A stretch of DNA of 64,000 nucleotides from Candidatus Latescibacterota bacterium. Lineage in GTDB: Bacteria > Latescibacterota > UBA2968 > GCA-2709665. Made by a program: the position numbers and the translations under genes. Below the pieces are notes generated by a model that searched no databases, was not told where the DNA came from, and worked only from the letters and a program-made list of their open reading frames with translations. Of this stretch, positions 48,611 through 59,320 are shown piece after piece (within the stretch, counting starts at the first letter, position 1; each line of letters begins with the position of its first letter). The stretch is from positions 1 to 64,000 of the forward strand of contig CAXXJS010000010.1 of assembly GCA_963662665.2 (NCBI GenBank). The letters run 5' to 3'.

Positions 48611-50707
48611 ATGCGGATTGAAGTACGCCACATTCGCCGGCAAAGGGCCATTTGCCTGCTGGGCGGAATCTTCGTTCTGGTCCTGATCTACAGATTGGCG
48701 GCGCTTCAGGTCTGGACGGGCGACCTTTACAGCGCCCGCGCAAAGAGACAGCACGAGAAGCGGACTGAATTGCAGGCGAACCGCGGTCGTATTCTGGACC
48801 GCCAGGGCCGGGTGCTTGCAACGAACCTGCAAGCCCAATCGTTCTTTGTAAACAAGGTAGCCGAGCTGGATAGCGCCCGATCCATCGCGTTGCGATTTTC
48901 CGGGCGTGATGGTGAGGAAACGGCCGCACTCATGCGGCGGCTACAAAAGAATCAATTCGTCTGGCTGGCCAGAAAGGTAATCAACGACCGGCGACAGGAT
49001 CCGCTGCCGAAGGGCGTCGGCCGGATTGTCGAGATGAAGCGAAACTATCCGATGGGTGAACTTGCCGCACAGATGCTGGGGTATACCGACATCGACAATT
49101 TGGGAATCGAGGGCGTGGAACTGGCCTGCAATTCGCTGTTGCAGGGCACGCCCGGAGATATGACGTCCAGGAGGGACGCGCGTGGCGAGGTACTGGGGGC
49201 TCTGGGGGTTGTGCGGCGGATTCCTGAAGACGGCGAGGATGTGATGTTGACCGTCGACGTCGATTATCAGTCGATCGTCGAGGAAGAGTTGGCTGCGGCC
49301 GTGGCCGAATTCCAGGCGGTGAACGGGATAGCGATCGTCACGTCGCCCCGGTCAGGTGAAATTCTGGCGATGGCCAACGTGCCGTTGTACGATCCGAATC
49401 ATTTCGGGAAATACGACGCGTCGGTCAGACGCAATCGGGCGGTTACCGACATTTTTGAACCCGGTTCGACTTTCAAGGTGGTAGCGGTGGCCGGCGGTCT
49501 GGAAACGGGGCTCTGGCGACGTGAAGATCGAATCTACTGTGAGCATGGCCGGATGTACATTTCCGGCGGTGTGATTCGAGACACACATCCGTGCGGATGG
49601 CTCACGGTCCAGCAGGTCGTGGAAGAATCCAGTAACATTGGAACCGTGAAGATCGCTCGAAAACTGAAACAGGCAGGACTGTTTAAATTTGTCCGAATGT
49701 TCGGATTCGGAATCGAGACGGCCGTTGATTTACCGGGCGAAGTGTCGGGAAACGTGAAAAAACCGACACGATGGTCCGGAAGAACGCTGGCATCGATGGC
49801 GATCGGGCAGGAAGTGGGCGTGACGGCGTTACAGATGGTCATGGCTTACGGAGCCATTGCCAACGGCGGCGAATTAATGGTCCCGCGCATCTATCGCCGC
49901 CGTTCTCAGGACGGCGCCTGGACCTCCGAACGACCCCACGTCCTGCGGCGGGTGGTTTCTGAGGAGACGGCAAGGAACATGGCCGAAATCCTCGAAGGGG
50001 TGGTACAACGAGGCACGGGCGCGAACGCACGGATACCAGGCTATCGCGTCGCTGGAAAAACGGGCACCGCGCAGCGGGCAAGAGAAGGGGGGAGGGGCTA
50101 CGATCCGAACCGGTACGTTTCCTCATTCATCGGTTTTCTGCCGGTCGAGCGTGCTGAATTCGTGTGCATTGTGGTCGTAGACAGCCCAAAGGGAATTCAC
50201 TGGGGCAGCAAGGTAGCCGCACCCGTCTTCAGCCGCATTATGAAACGCATCTTGAGTCTGCGCGACACGGAAATGCGGCATCGGGCAGTCGTTAAGGCCG
50301 GTGGGAAGGAAATCGTGGAAGCGTCCAGACCGATTTTGGCGGGATTGTCGCGGAATGTGGCGAGACGGGTAATGGATCGGCACGTTTTCAGGCCAATGAA
50401 TGTGGACACGGGCCCACGATTGCCGGTAAAGGCGCATACCCCATCGAATGATATCAGAGAATCGGGGCAGAAGACGGTTTCATCAGATTCAGCAAACGCC
50501 ATCGATTCCGTCATGACGCCCGACGTACTGGGGATTCCATTGCGTCAGGCTGTGGTTCAATTGACTTCCTCCGGATTAGTTGTAAACGCTTCCGGCAGCG
50601 GGCGGGTCGTTTCGCAAACTCCAGGCGCCGGAACGCCGGTTGCCCGGGGCACGGTCTGCAACGTGGTGTGCAGCACCGAGGACGTGCCCATCCCCAACGC
50701 AAGATGA
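48611..50707 (+). CDS. ftsI: Class B penicillin-binding protein with C-terminal PASTA domain
   Basis: RGRILDR, EPGSTFK (SxxK), SSN, GKTGTAQ. Confidence 0.95.
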   Translation: MRIEVRHIRRQRAICLLGGIFVLVLIYRLAALQVWTGDLYSARAKRQHEKRTELQANRGRILDRQGRVLATNLQAQSFFVNKVAELDSARSIALRFSGRDGEETAALMRRLQKNQFVWLARKVINDRRQDPLPKGVGRIVEMKRNYPMGELAAQMLGYTDIDNLGIEGVELACNSLLQGTPGDMTSRRDARGEVLGALGVVRRIPEDGEDVMLTVDVDYQSIVEEELAAAVAEFQAVNGIAIVTSPRSGEILAMANVPLYDPNHFGKYDASVRRNRAVTDIFEPGSTFKVVAVAGGLETGLWRREDRIYCEHGRMYISGGVIRDTHPCGWLTVQQVVEESSNIGTVKIARKLKQAGLFKFVRMFGFGIETAVDLPGEVSGNVKKPTRWSGRTLASMAIGQEVGVTALQMVMAYGAIANGGELMVPRIYRRRSQDGAWTSERPHVLRRVVSEETARNMAEILEGVVQRGTGANARIPGYRVAGKTGTAQRAREGGRGYDPNRYVSSFIGFLPVERAEFVCIVVVDSPKGIHWGSKVAAPVFSRIMKRILSLRDTEMRHRAVVKAGGKEIVEASRPILAGLSRNVARRVMDRHVFRPMNVDTGPRLPVKAHTPSNDIRESGQKTVSSDSANAIDSVMTPDVLGIPLRQAVVQLTSSGLVVNASGSGRVVSQTPGAGTPVARGTVCNVVCSTEDVPIPNAR

Positions 50708-50720
50708 CAAAGACCGTGTT

Positions 50721-52190
50721 ATGCGGCTGGTCGACTTCACTTACCGGATTCAAGAGGTACAATGGCTTCATACGGGCGATCCGTGGGTTACGGGTCTGGC
50801 CACGGACTCGAGGAAGGTTCGACCGGGCGACCTGTTCGTTGCCATACGAGGCGGGCAGATTGAGGACCGGCACGCATTTGTTCCGCAGGCCGTGGCCGCG
50901 GGGGCCGTGGCGGTGGTGGTTGAAGAGCCTGTCGAGGCGGAGGTTGCGGCCATCCGGGTACCGTCCACGCGAAAGGCGCTGGGCGAATTCGCGGATCATT
51001 TCTACGGGTCGCCTTCGCGTAGACTGCGGATGGTGGGGGTAACGGGGACCAACGGCAAGACCACGACGGCAATGCTGATACAGGCGTCACTGGAGGCGGC
51101 CGTTGGGGTCTGCGGATTGCTCGGGACGATTGAATACCGGCTGGGCGATCGTCGGGTGCCGTCGTTCATCGGAACGCCGGAAGCACACGATCTACAGCGG
51201 CTGTTGAAGGAGATGACGGACAACGGCTGCGCTTCCGCCGTAATGGAAGTAACGTCGCACGGATTGGCATTGGACCGCGTACACGGCATCGAATTCGACA
51301 CGGCCGTTTTTACCAATTTTTCGCGGGACCATTTGGATTTTCACGAATCGTTGGAATCCTATCTGGCCGCCAAAAAGCTGCTCTTTGACAACTTGAATCG
51401 GGATGCGCACGCGGTGGTCAACGCGGACGACCCGACGACCGATCGCCTTTTGCGCGACTGCCGCGCTCGGGTGGTGTCCTTCGGTCGTTCGCCGGCGGCC
51501 GATGTGAGAATCACGAACGCGAATGCGGACGGTTGCGGGACACGGATGAATCTGGAAACGCACCGTGGAACCCTGCAACTTGAGCTGGCGCTTCGGGGCC
51601 ATTTCCATCAAATGAACGCGGCGGCGGCAATTGCCGCGGGGTTGGCGATGGACGTGGACGCAGAGTTGATTGCTGCGGCCATCCGGGACGTGCAGGTGCG
51701 TGGTCGATTTGAAAGCGTGCACGAAGGACAGGATTTCGGCGTGATTGTGGATTATGCACATACTCCCGATGCGCTCGAAAACGTCTTGTGCGCGGCACGT
51801 GAGTTTACGGAAGGCCATTTGATCTGTGTGTTTGGATGCGGGGGTGATCGAGACCGCGGCAAGCGGCCTGAGATGGGCCGGATTTCCGCAGAGATGTCCG
51901 ATCTGACGGTTGTAACGTCAGACAATCCCAGGACCGAAGACCCGGAGTCGATTCTCAGAGACATAACGGCGGGTGTTGGCCGTGCGGAACACCGTGTCGA
52001 AGTTGATCGGCGAAAGGCGATATCGCTGGGCATCGGACAGGCGTCGGCCGGCGACCTGGTCGTTATTGCGGGCAAGGGACACGAGGATTACCAGGATATC
52101 GGTGGTAAGAAGGTTCACTTTGACGATAGGCAGGTGGCGCGGGACGTCCTTCGGGGTGCGTCCAGTCCACTTCAGGATCCTCGAAGCTGA
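50721..52190 (+). CDS. murE: UDP-MurNAc-tripeptide synthetase (meso-DAP type)
   Basis: GVTGTNGKTT, VDYAHTPD, GCGGDRD, DNPR specificity motif. Confidence 0.96.
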   Translation: MRLVDFTYRIQEVQWLHTGDPWVTGLATDSRKVRPGDLFVAIRGGQIEDRHAFVPQAVAAGAVAVVVEEPVEAEVAAIRVPSTRKALGEFADHFYGSPSRRLRMVGVTGTNGKTTTAMLIQASLEAAVGVCGLLGTIEYRLGDRRVPSFIGTPEAHDLQRLLKEMTDNGCASAVMEVTSHGLALDRVHGIEFDTAVFTNFSRDHLDFHESLESYLAAKKLLFDNLNRDAHAVVNADDPTTDRLLRDCRARVVSFGRSPAADVRITNANADGCGTRMNLETHRGTLQLELALRGHFHQMNAAAAIAAGLAMDVDAELIAAAIRDVQVRGRFESVHEGQDFGVIVDYAHTPDALENVLCAAREFTEGHLICVFGCGGDRDRGKRPEMGRISAEMSDLTVVTSDNPRTEDPESILRDITAGVGRAEHRVEVDRRKAISLGIGQASAGDLVVIAGKGHEDYQDIGGKKVHFDDRQVARDVLRGASSPLQDPRS

Positions 52191-52230
52191 TGAATCCTGG
52201 AAGCGAAAGTCGTCAGCTGGAACGCGCAAT

Positions 52231-53655
52231 ATGGACGGAATGACACTGGCGGAAGCGGCCGATGCAATGGGCGGAGAGCTGGTTGGAGCGGTTGACTCGG
52301 CAATTTGTCCGACGGGTGGGTGCATCGATACGCGGGTGTTGAATGCAGGGGAGTTGTTCTTCGCGCTCGAGGGAGAACGCGCCAACGGAAAGCGAGACGG
52401 GCATGAATTCGCGGGCGATTCCCTGAAAAGGGGCGCATCCGCGGCTGTTGTTTCGCGGAAATGGGCCGATGATCGAAATTCCCGCAGCCCGTCGGGGACC
52501 CTGATCGTGGTTGAAAACCCGGGCCTTGCGCTGGGCGTTCTGGGCAGGGTTTACCGCCGGCGATTTCAGATTCCGGTTGTGGCCGTTACGGGCAGCAGCG
52601 GAAAAACAACCACCAAGGATATGGCTGCCGCCGTGCTGAGCACCCGTTACCGGGTGCTGGCTACGGAAGGCAATTTAAACAACTGGCTTGGGGTTCCGCT
52701 GACGCTGCTGCGGCTTTCAAACGCCCACGAAGCCGCGGTTGTTGAAATGGGCATCAGCGAACACGGCGGACTGAAATACTTGTGTGAAATCGCGGATCCG
52801 ACGATCGGTGTCATTACAAATATCGGACCAGCACATCTCGAGTTTTTAGGCTCTGTAGAGGGGGTGGCTAAAGCCAAAGGGGAACTCCTGGATTATCTAG
52901 AAGAGTCTTCAATGGCTATCTTGAACCTCGATGACCTGTTCGTGTCACAGGAGCGAGCAAGACTAAAGGGGAGACTCCTGGGCTTTGGTATCGAGAAGAT
53001 ATGTCAGTTTCGTGGGGAGGGACTTGTCATAGACCAGGAGGGCTGCGGTCACTTCTCTCTGCAGGGCCGTTTTTTTCATCTTGTTGTACCCGGCCGGCAT
53101 CAGGTTTACAACGCACTGGCCGCGGCGGCGGTCGGCACGGCCCTGGATGTGCCGGTCGACCAGGCCGCGAAAGCCCTTGGCGCGTTTCGACCTTCAAGGC
53201 TGCGGGGCCAGGTGGTCGAGCAGAATGGAATCCGGCTGTTGAACGATTCGTACAATGCCAACCCCGATTCGATGCGGGCGGCTCTTGAAACGCTGGCGCA
53301 AATGACCGGGACCGGGGGCGGCCGGAGGGTGGCCGTGCTGGGGGATATGCTGGAACTGGGCACATCCGCGATACAGGACCACAGGCGCCTGGGCAGGCTT
53401 GCCGCCAGACTCGGAATGGACGCCATTTTCGCACTCGGTGACATGTCGGGTCACGTATGCGAAGGAGGTATATCGGGCGGCCTGCCCCCCGAAAGGTCGA
53501 GGGCATTCAATGACCGTGCATCCCTGGTGGCTGAACTCAAGGAATATCTCAGACCGGGCGACCTGGTGCTTATGAAGGGGTCTCGCGGCCTGTCGATGGA
53601 GACGACCGCGGAAGCACTGGGGTTTAGATTAAAACCGGGAGATTCAGCCGGCTGA
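52231..53655 (+). CDS. murF: UDP-MurNAc-pentapeptide synthetase
   Basis: AVTGSSGKTTTKDM, NDSYNANPDSM, VLGDMLELG, KGSRG. Confidence 0.96.
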   Translation: MDGMTLAEAADAMGGELVGAVDSAICPTGGCIDTRVLNAGELFFALEGERANGKRDGHEFAGDSLKRGASAAVVSRKWADDRNSRSPSGTLIVVENPGLALGVLGRVYRRRFQIPVVAVTGSSGKTTTKDMAAAVLSTRYRVLATEGNLNNWLGVPLTLLRLSNAHEAAVVEMGISEHGGLKYLCEIADPTIGVITNIGPAHLEFLGSVEGVAKAKGELLDYLEESSMAILNLDDLFVSQERARLKGRLLGFGIEKICQFRGEGLVIDQEGCGHFSLQGRFFHLVVPGRHQVYNALAAAAVGTALDVPVDQAAKALGAFRPSRLRGQVVEQNGIRLLNDSYNANPDSMRAALETLAQMTGTGGGRRVAVLGDMLELGTSAIQDHRRLGRLAARLGMDAIFALGDMSGHVCEGGISGGLPPERSRAFNDRASLVAELKEYLRPGDLVLMKGSRGLSMETTAEALGFRLKPGDSAG

Positions 53656-53784
53656 TGAAGTGATGATTTGATGGCCATCGACGGTCCTGTGCGTCTGACT
53701 TTTCGTTCTCTTTCGCAATCCCTGACCTGGAAGTTCAATCTTGAGATGCCGTTTCGGGATCTTTTTCTCAATAAGCTGGAACAT

Positions 53785-54960
53785 ATGGCGACCGGCGGAA
53801 CAGAACGGCAGACTTATCTGCTGATGTTGCTGGTGATCGGGCTGGTGGGATTCGGCCTTGTAATGGTGTATAGCGCCAGCACGGCACTGGGTCACGTGCG
53901 GTTTGAGAGCGGCCACTTTTTCCTGAAGCGGTGGGCGTTGCGCACCGTGGTCGGTCTCGTGGCGATGGTTCTGATTATGCGGGTGGACTATCGATTCTGG
54001 GCGCGTTTTGCCCGCGTCCTTCTGGCCATCGGTTTCCTGGGATTGGCTGTTGTGCTGGTTTTTAAGCTCGCAGGCTTCGGTAAGGTGCGCGGCGCTTATC
54101 GATGGATTCCGTTACCGGGCGGCACCCTCCAGCCTTCGGATCTGATGCGCCTCGCATTGGTGGTTTATCTGGCGGAGTCTTTGAGCAGACGCCAGGGGCT
54201 TGTGAAGGATCTCGTACAGGGTTACCTCCCACATATTGCCATCGTCGGCGTTGCGATGGGAATGGTTATGCTCCAGCCTGATCTCGGGACGGCTCTGGCG
54301 ATCGGATTGACATGCACGCTGATGTTATATCTGGCCGGCGTACGAGTCAAGCACCTTGCCGTTACCGGGGCGGCTTTGCTGCCGTTGTTGTATATCGTCG
54401 TATTTGTTCTGGGATATCGGAAGGAACGGATGATGACGTTTTTCAGTCCGTCCGACGACGCCCAGGGCGCCGGATACCACGTAATGCAGTCTCTGCTGGC
54501 GCTGGGAAGCGGAGGCTGGACCGGATTGGGGCTGGGGCAGAGCCTGCAGAAATATTTCTTTCTTCCGGAGCCACATACTGACTTTGTATTCAGTATCGTC
54601 GGCGAAGAGTTGGGGCTGGTCGGCACGGCCGGCCTGGTGATTTGCTTTCTCATATTTGGCAGGTGCGGTTTTCAGATTGCCCGCCGCGCGCCGGATCTGC
54701 ACGGATTCTTCCTGGCCACGGGAATAACGTTTATGATTCTGGTCTATGCGTTTGTGAATATGGGTGTCTGCACCGGATTGATACCGGCCACAGGGCTTCC
54801 ACTGCCCTTTATCAGTTACGGCGGATCGTCACTGCTCTTCACGCTGCTTGCCGTTGGCATTCTAATCAACATCGGGCGGTGCGGCGCGGCCGACCCCGGA
54901 ACGCTTCCCCAACGAACCGGTACCGTCAGAATGTACCGGACAGGAGATCGCAGATTCTGA
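53785..54960 (+). CDS. ftsW: Peptidoglycan glycosyltransferase FtsW
   Basis: MVYSAS, QPSD, QPDLGT, FLPEPHTDFVFSIVGEELG, LPFISYGGSS. Confidence 0.96.
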   Translation: MATGGTERQTYLLMLLVIGLVGFGLVMVYSASTALGHVRFESGHFFLKRWALRTVVGLVAMVLIMRVDYRFWARFARVLLAIGFLGLAVVLVFKLAGFGKVRGAYRWIPLPGGTLQPSDLMRLALVVYLAESLSRRQGLVKDLVQGYLPHIAIVGVAMGMVMLQPDLGTALAIGLTCTLMLYLAGVRVKHLAVTGAALLPLLYIVVFVLGYRKERMMTFFSPSDDAQGAGYHVMQSLLALGSGGWTGLGLGQSLQKYFFLPEPHTDFVFSIVGEELGLVGTAGLVICFLIFGRCGFQIARRAPDLHGFFLATGITFMILVYAFVNMGVCTGLIPATGLPLPFISYGGSSLLFTLLAVGILINIGRCGAADPGTLPQRTGTVRMYRTGDRRF

Positions 54961-56066
54961 TGCCGTTACGTCTGTTGTTTGCCGTAACCCTTACCGGCGG
55001 CCACACGGTACCCGCGCTGGGCGTGGCGGCCGCGGTTCGTAAGCGTTACCCTGACACGGTAATCCGATTCGTCGGTATTGCTCGAGGCGTTGAAGCCAGG
55101 CTGATTCCACGAGAGGGATTTGTCCTTGAGACCCTGCCGGTTATAGGCCTGAAGCGCCGTCTGCATCTCAACCTGCTGCAATTTCCATGGACGCTTATGA
55201 GAGGCGTCTATACCGCCTTTCGCATCCTGCTGGCGTACAATCCTCATGCGGTGATCTGTACCGGAGGGCACGTCAGCGGCCCGGTGGGGGTTGCCGCGCG
55301 GATGCTTGGTATTCCGCTGGTTCTGCACGAGTCGAATAACCTTCCGGGTCTTACCGTTCGCCTGCTGTCCCGTGCAGCCAGGCAGGTTTTTCTGGCATTC
55401 GAGGGGGCAAAGCGCCGCGTGGGCGGGCGGGAGAAGCTTGTTGTTGGCAACCCGATCCGGGAAGGATGGAGACGCGTTGACAGGATCGAGGCGCGCCGGC
55501 GGTTCGGGCTGGCCGTTGACCGGGTCACTCTGTTCGTCACGGGAGCCAGCCAGGGATCATTGGGAATCAATCGGGCCGTGGCGGCGGCACTACCGGTATT
55601 GACGGAACGTGGCTATCAGATTCTGTGGCAGACCGGTAAGGTGGGCTACGAGGCAGCGGCAGCAGCCGCACGCGCCTGCGGAGACCGCGTTGTCGTCAGG
55701 GACTTTATCGACGATATGGCGGTGGCTTACAGTGCGGCCGACCTCGCGTTGACCAGGGCGGGCGCCATAACTGTGACGGAAGTGACACAACTGGGTGTCC
55801 CTGCGTTGATGGTGCCGTTGCCACTGGCGGCCGAGAACCATCAGGAATTCAATGCACGGGCGGTGGTTCAAGCGGGAGCCGCGCGGATGGTGCATGAATC
55901 GGAACTGAGCGCGGAAAGGCTCGTCCAGGAAGTGTCCGTGCTGGTTGATTCGAACGGCCTTCTTTCGGATATGGCCCGTCGCAGCCGCGCGCTGGCCGTT
56001 CCGGACGCGGCTGAGCGGATGGTTGCCGAAATGGCGCGACGTGGACTTCTGCGCGGTGGGGATTAA
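54960..56066 (+). CDS. murG: Lipid II GlcNAc transferase
   Basis: TGGH, HESN..PG, GNPIR, RAGA.T..E, HQEFNA; start overlaps the ftsW stop. Confidence 0.94.
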   Translation: MPLRLLFAVTLTGGHTVPALGVAAAVRKRYPDTVIRFVGIARGVEARLIPREGFVLETLPVIGLKRRLHLNLLQFPWTLMRGVYTAFRILLAYNPHAVICTGGHVSGPVGVAARMLGIPLVLHESNNLPGLTVRLLSRAARQVFLAFEGAKRRVGGREKLVVGNPIREGWRRVDRIEARRRFGLAVDRVTLFVTGASQGSLGINRAVAAALPVLTERGYQILWQTGKVGYEAAAAAARACGDRVVVRDFIDDMAVAYSAADLALTRAGAITVTEVTQLGVPALMVPLPLAAENHQEFNARAVVQAGAARMVHESELSAERLVQEVSVLVDSNGLLSDMARRSRALAVPDAAERMVAEMARRGLLRGGD

Positions 56067-56080
56067 AGGACGGATGCCGC

Positions 56081-57469
56081 ATGGTGAAATTGAAACCGGG
56101 TTGCCGGGTTCATTTTGTGGGCATCGGGGGCGTGGGAATGAGCGCGGTCGCGGAGCTGCTGTTTCAGCAGGAATGCGTTGTTACCGGATCGGACCGCGAG
56201 GCGTCCGCACTGACCGACCGGTTGGGGCTGCTGGGAGTTCCGGTACAAATCGGACACACGGTGGATGCCGTAAGAAATGTTGACCTGGTTGTGTACACAC
56301 CAGCTGCGGGACCGGAGAATCCGGAGTTGGCGGAAGCCCGGTCCAAAGGGATTCCAACGATCAAGAGGGCTGCCATTTTGGGGCAGTTGACGGCAGGGCG
56401 CCGGGTTGTCGGGGTGGCCGGTACCCACGGGAAAACGACAACGACGGCTATGGTCGGCGGGGTTCTCGACGCCGCGGGTCTGGACCCCACCGTGCTGGTT
56501 GGAGGGATCGTCCGGGGACCGGAGACAAACTTGCGGCCGGGCTCACGGGCAATTTGGGCGGTCGAGGCCGATGAATTCGACAGTTCCTTTCTGACCTTGC
56601 GTCCGGAGGTCGCAGTGGTGACTTCGCTCGAGGCGGATCATCTGGACAGCTACGGAGACATGAAGAGCCTCGTTTGTGCGTTTCAGCAGTTTCTGGAACA
56701 GACAAGCCGTTGTGCGGTGATGGCCTCCGATGGACCGCTGGTGCGGAGACTGAACCCGGGGCATCTTGAAATATTTCCGTATGGCCTGAAGGAGGAAACA
56801 GGGATTTCAGCACGATCCGTCCGTCCCGATGGCCACGGAAGTCGGTTTCGCGCGGTCGAGGGCAGAAAACCACTTGGCGACGTTGTCCTCAGGGTTCCCG
56901 GCCGGCACAATGTGAGCAATGCGCTGGCAGCGGTGGGTGTGGGCCTGGCGATGGAACTCCCCTGGAAGGCAATACGGTCCGGACTGGAAGACTTCCGGGG
57001 CGTGCGACGTCGTCTGGAAGTACTCGGTGATCCGGGCGGTGTGCGGATTGTAAACGACTACGCCCATCATCCTACCGAGGTCCGCGCCGCGCTGGAAACC
57101 ATCAGAGACGGATGGGCGGGCCGTCTGGTGGCTGTTTTCCAGCCCCATCTGTATTCCAGAACCAGGGATTTCGCCGTTGAATTCGGGAGGGTCTTGAGTG
57201 AAGCCGATCAGGTCTGGGTCGCCGACGTCTACGCCGCTCGCGAAGATGCCATTCCCGGTGTGACCGGTGAGATGGTGGCGCGCCAGGTACGGAATGCCGG
57301 CTGTTCCGAAGTACACTGTGTCGCGGGCCTGGACGATCTCGAGACTCGCCTTTCAGAAGCGGTTGCGCCCGGCGACCTCGTGTTGGTGATGGGCGCCGGC
57401 AACGTGGAGCAGGTTGCGTTTGGACTGAAACACCGGCTGTCCGAGGGAGCGCTACGGGCCAATGCCTGA
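56081..57469 (+). CDS. murC: UDP-MurNAc-L-alanine ligase
   Basis: HFVGIGGVGMS, AGTHGKTTT, EADEFD, DYAHHPTE, FQPHLYSRT. Confidence 0.97.
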   Translation: MVKLKPGCRVHFVGIGGVGMSAVAELLFQQECVVTGSDREASALTDRLGLLGVPVQIGHTVDAVRNVDLVVYTPAAGPENPELAEARSKGIPTIKRAAILGQLTAGRRVVGVAGTHGKTTTTAMVGGVLDAAGLDPTVLVGGIVRGPETNLRPGSRAIWAVEADEFDSSFLTLRPEVAVVTSLEADHLDSYGDMKSLVCAFQQFLEQTSRCAVMASDGPLVRRLNPGHLEIFPYGLKEETGISARSVRPDGHGSRFRAVEGRKPLGDVVLRVPGRHNVSNALAAVGVGLAMELPWKAIRSGLEDFRGVRRRLEVLGDPGGVRIVNDYAHHPTEVRAALETIRDGWAGRLVAVFQPHLYSRTRDFAVEFGRVLSEADQVWVADVYAAREDAIPGVTGEMVARQVRNAGCSEVHCVAGLDDLETRLSEAVAPGDLVLVMGAGNVEQVAFGLKHRLSEGALRANA

Positions 57470-58400
57470 TGCTTCAAAGCGGGATTCGCTCGCCCGTGAA
57501 ATTCGCGCACGCTGCAGGGGCGACCTTCTGGTTGACGAACCCTTGAAGAAGCATACCCATTTTGGTTTGGGTGGCGCCGCGGATCTGTTTTTCCGGCCCA
57601 TGGACCTGGACGATCTGACTACCGCGGTGCCGTTCGTTCTGGACTCCGACCTGCAGGTGTTACCTCTGGGCGGCGGAACCAATATGCTGGTGGGCGATGC
57701 AGGTTTCAGGGGGCTCGTAATCTGTTTGACCCGCGGACTTGCGGGAATGGCGGTTGAATCGGACCAGGGCGTCGCGCAGGCGGGTGCGAGCCTTCAGGTG
57801 TTTTCCAGACGCTGCCAGCGTGCGGGCCGGGCCGGGATGGAGTTCGGCTGCGGAATTCCCGGTACCGTAGGCGGCGCAATCCGGGGTAACGCGGGCGCGT
57901 GGGGGGGGCAGATTATGGAGCGGACGGCCTGGTTGAGAGGCGTGGACCTCCGGTCGGGTCAGACGCTGGAATTGCGGAAAACGTCGATAGCTTTCTCCTA
58001 CCGCCACACGGATCTTCCGGATGGATTTCTGATCGTGGAGGCGGGGTTCTATCTGGAAGAGGACGATCCTGTGAAGGTGCAGACACGCATGGATGAAATG
58101 CTGGCGCAGCGAAGAAGCTCCCAGCCGTTGTGGGAGCGCAACGCCGGCTGCATCTTCAAGAACCCGCCGGGCGCGTCGGCGGGGCTGCTCATCGACAAAG
58201 CCGGTTGCAAGGGTCTATCCGTGGGCGACGTCGAAGTCTCGGACGTACATGCGAATTTCATCGTGAATCGGGGCCGCGGCACGGCGGCGGACGTGCTCTC
58301 ACTGGTCCGGAAGGTTCAGGAAAGAGTACACAAGGCTTTCGGTATCGAAATGAAAATGGAAGTTCGGGTGGTCGGCGAGCGGGGAATCGAGACCCCGTAG
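57462..58400 (+). CDS. murB: UDP-N-acetylenolpyruvoylglucosamine reductase
   Basis: LGGGTN, GIPGTVGGA..NAGA, GCIFKNP, HANFIVN. Confidence 0.96.
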   Translation: MPDASKRDSLAREIRARCRGDLLVDEPLKKHTHFGLGGAADLFFRPMDLDDLTTAVPFVLDSDLQVLPLGGGTNMLVGDAGFRGLVICLTRGLAGMAVESDQGVAQAGASLQVFSRRCQRAGRAGMEFGCGIPGTVGGAIRGNAGAWGGQIMERTAWLRGVDLRSGQTLELRKTSIAFSYRHTDLPDGFLIVEAGFYLEEDDPVKVQTRMDEMLAQRRSSQPLWERNAGCIFKNPPGASAGLLIDKAGCKGLSVGDVEVSDVHANFIVNRGRGTAADVLSLVRKVQERVHKAFGIEMKMEVRVVGERGIETP

Positions 58401-58495
58401 GCGATGGGTCCGGTTAACGAACTCACCCTTGTGGCGGCTTTTCGGAACGTGTATGCCCAGCGCGTCCGGCCGATACTTGAAACGACGGAGGTCAA

Positions 58496-59290
58496 ATGTC
58501 CAATCATCGACCGATCTATTCCCGAACCCAGGAAAGGGAGCGGATTCCCTGGGTAGAGCCCGAACCCCGATCGCCGGCTCGCATATTGCGGTGGATCGTC
58601 GTTCTGGCGCTTGTCGGACTGCTGCTGTTCGGCATTCAGAACGCATATTCGTCATTCACCGACTCCGACCTTTTTCGGCTGGACCACATAAACGTGGTGG
58701 GCAACCTGCTGTTGAAGAAGAGCGAGGTAGCGGTTATTTCCGGTCTCGAGATTGGCGTCAACCTCTTTGCGGCCGATCTCAATGCGGCGACAAGGCGTCT
58801 GGTGGCCGATCCGACGATAAAGGACGCATTGTTGCTGAGGCAACCGCCGGGCGGGCTGCTCATCGAACTGCGGGAGAGGCGTCCGCTTGCGCTGGCGGCA
58901 ACGTCGGAAGGCCTGGTCGGTCTAGACGGGGAAGGCGTGCTTTTTCCGCTCCCGCAGGTCCGGATTGACCTGCCGGTCGTGACGGGCATTGAAGCGGCCG
59001 CGGACTCACCCGGGGTCTACCGGCTTTCCAGCCTTGTATCGTTCCTGGAACAGCTGCACTCAAAGGCGCCGGCGTTTCTGGATGAAGTCTCCGAAATACA
59101 CCTGGTGTCCGTCACTGAGGCCCGGATCCATCTCGTGGGAGATGGGTTGACACTTCGCATGCGACTTGAAGGTGCGATCGACCAGGTCCGGCGTTTTAAT
59201 GCGTTTGTAAAGGCGGGAGCGCACAGGAATCAGACGCCGGTTTACATTGACCTCCGGTTCTCGAATCAGGTCGTTGTGGGGACAGGTTGA
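58496..59290 (+). CDS. ftsQ: Cell division protein FtsQ/DivIB
   Basis: One TM, POTRA domain, C-terminal YIDLRF; GGAGG RBS. Confidence 0.9.
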   Translation: MSNHRPIYSRTQERERIPWVEPEPRSPARILRWIVVLALVGLLLFGIQNAYSSFTDSDLFRLDHINVVGNLLLKKSEVAVISGLEIGVNLFAADLNAATRRLVADPTIKDALLLRQPPGGLLIELRERRPLALAATSEGLVGLDGEGVLFPLPQVRIDLPVVTGIEAAADSPGVYRLSSLVSFLEQLHSKAPAFLDEVSEIHLVSVTEARIHLVGDGLTLRMRLEGAIDQVRRFNAFVKAGAHRNQTPVYIDLRFSNQVVVGTG

Positions 59291-59320
59291 CCGTCTGCAG
59301 ATAGAGTCGATCCTAAGGCG

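Noticed and set aside
53750-53770. TTTCGGGATCTTTTT also present in reverse near 31830-31844
   Set aside because: Low-complexity 15-mer whose flanks do not align convincingly
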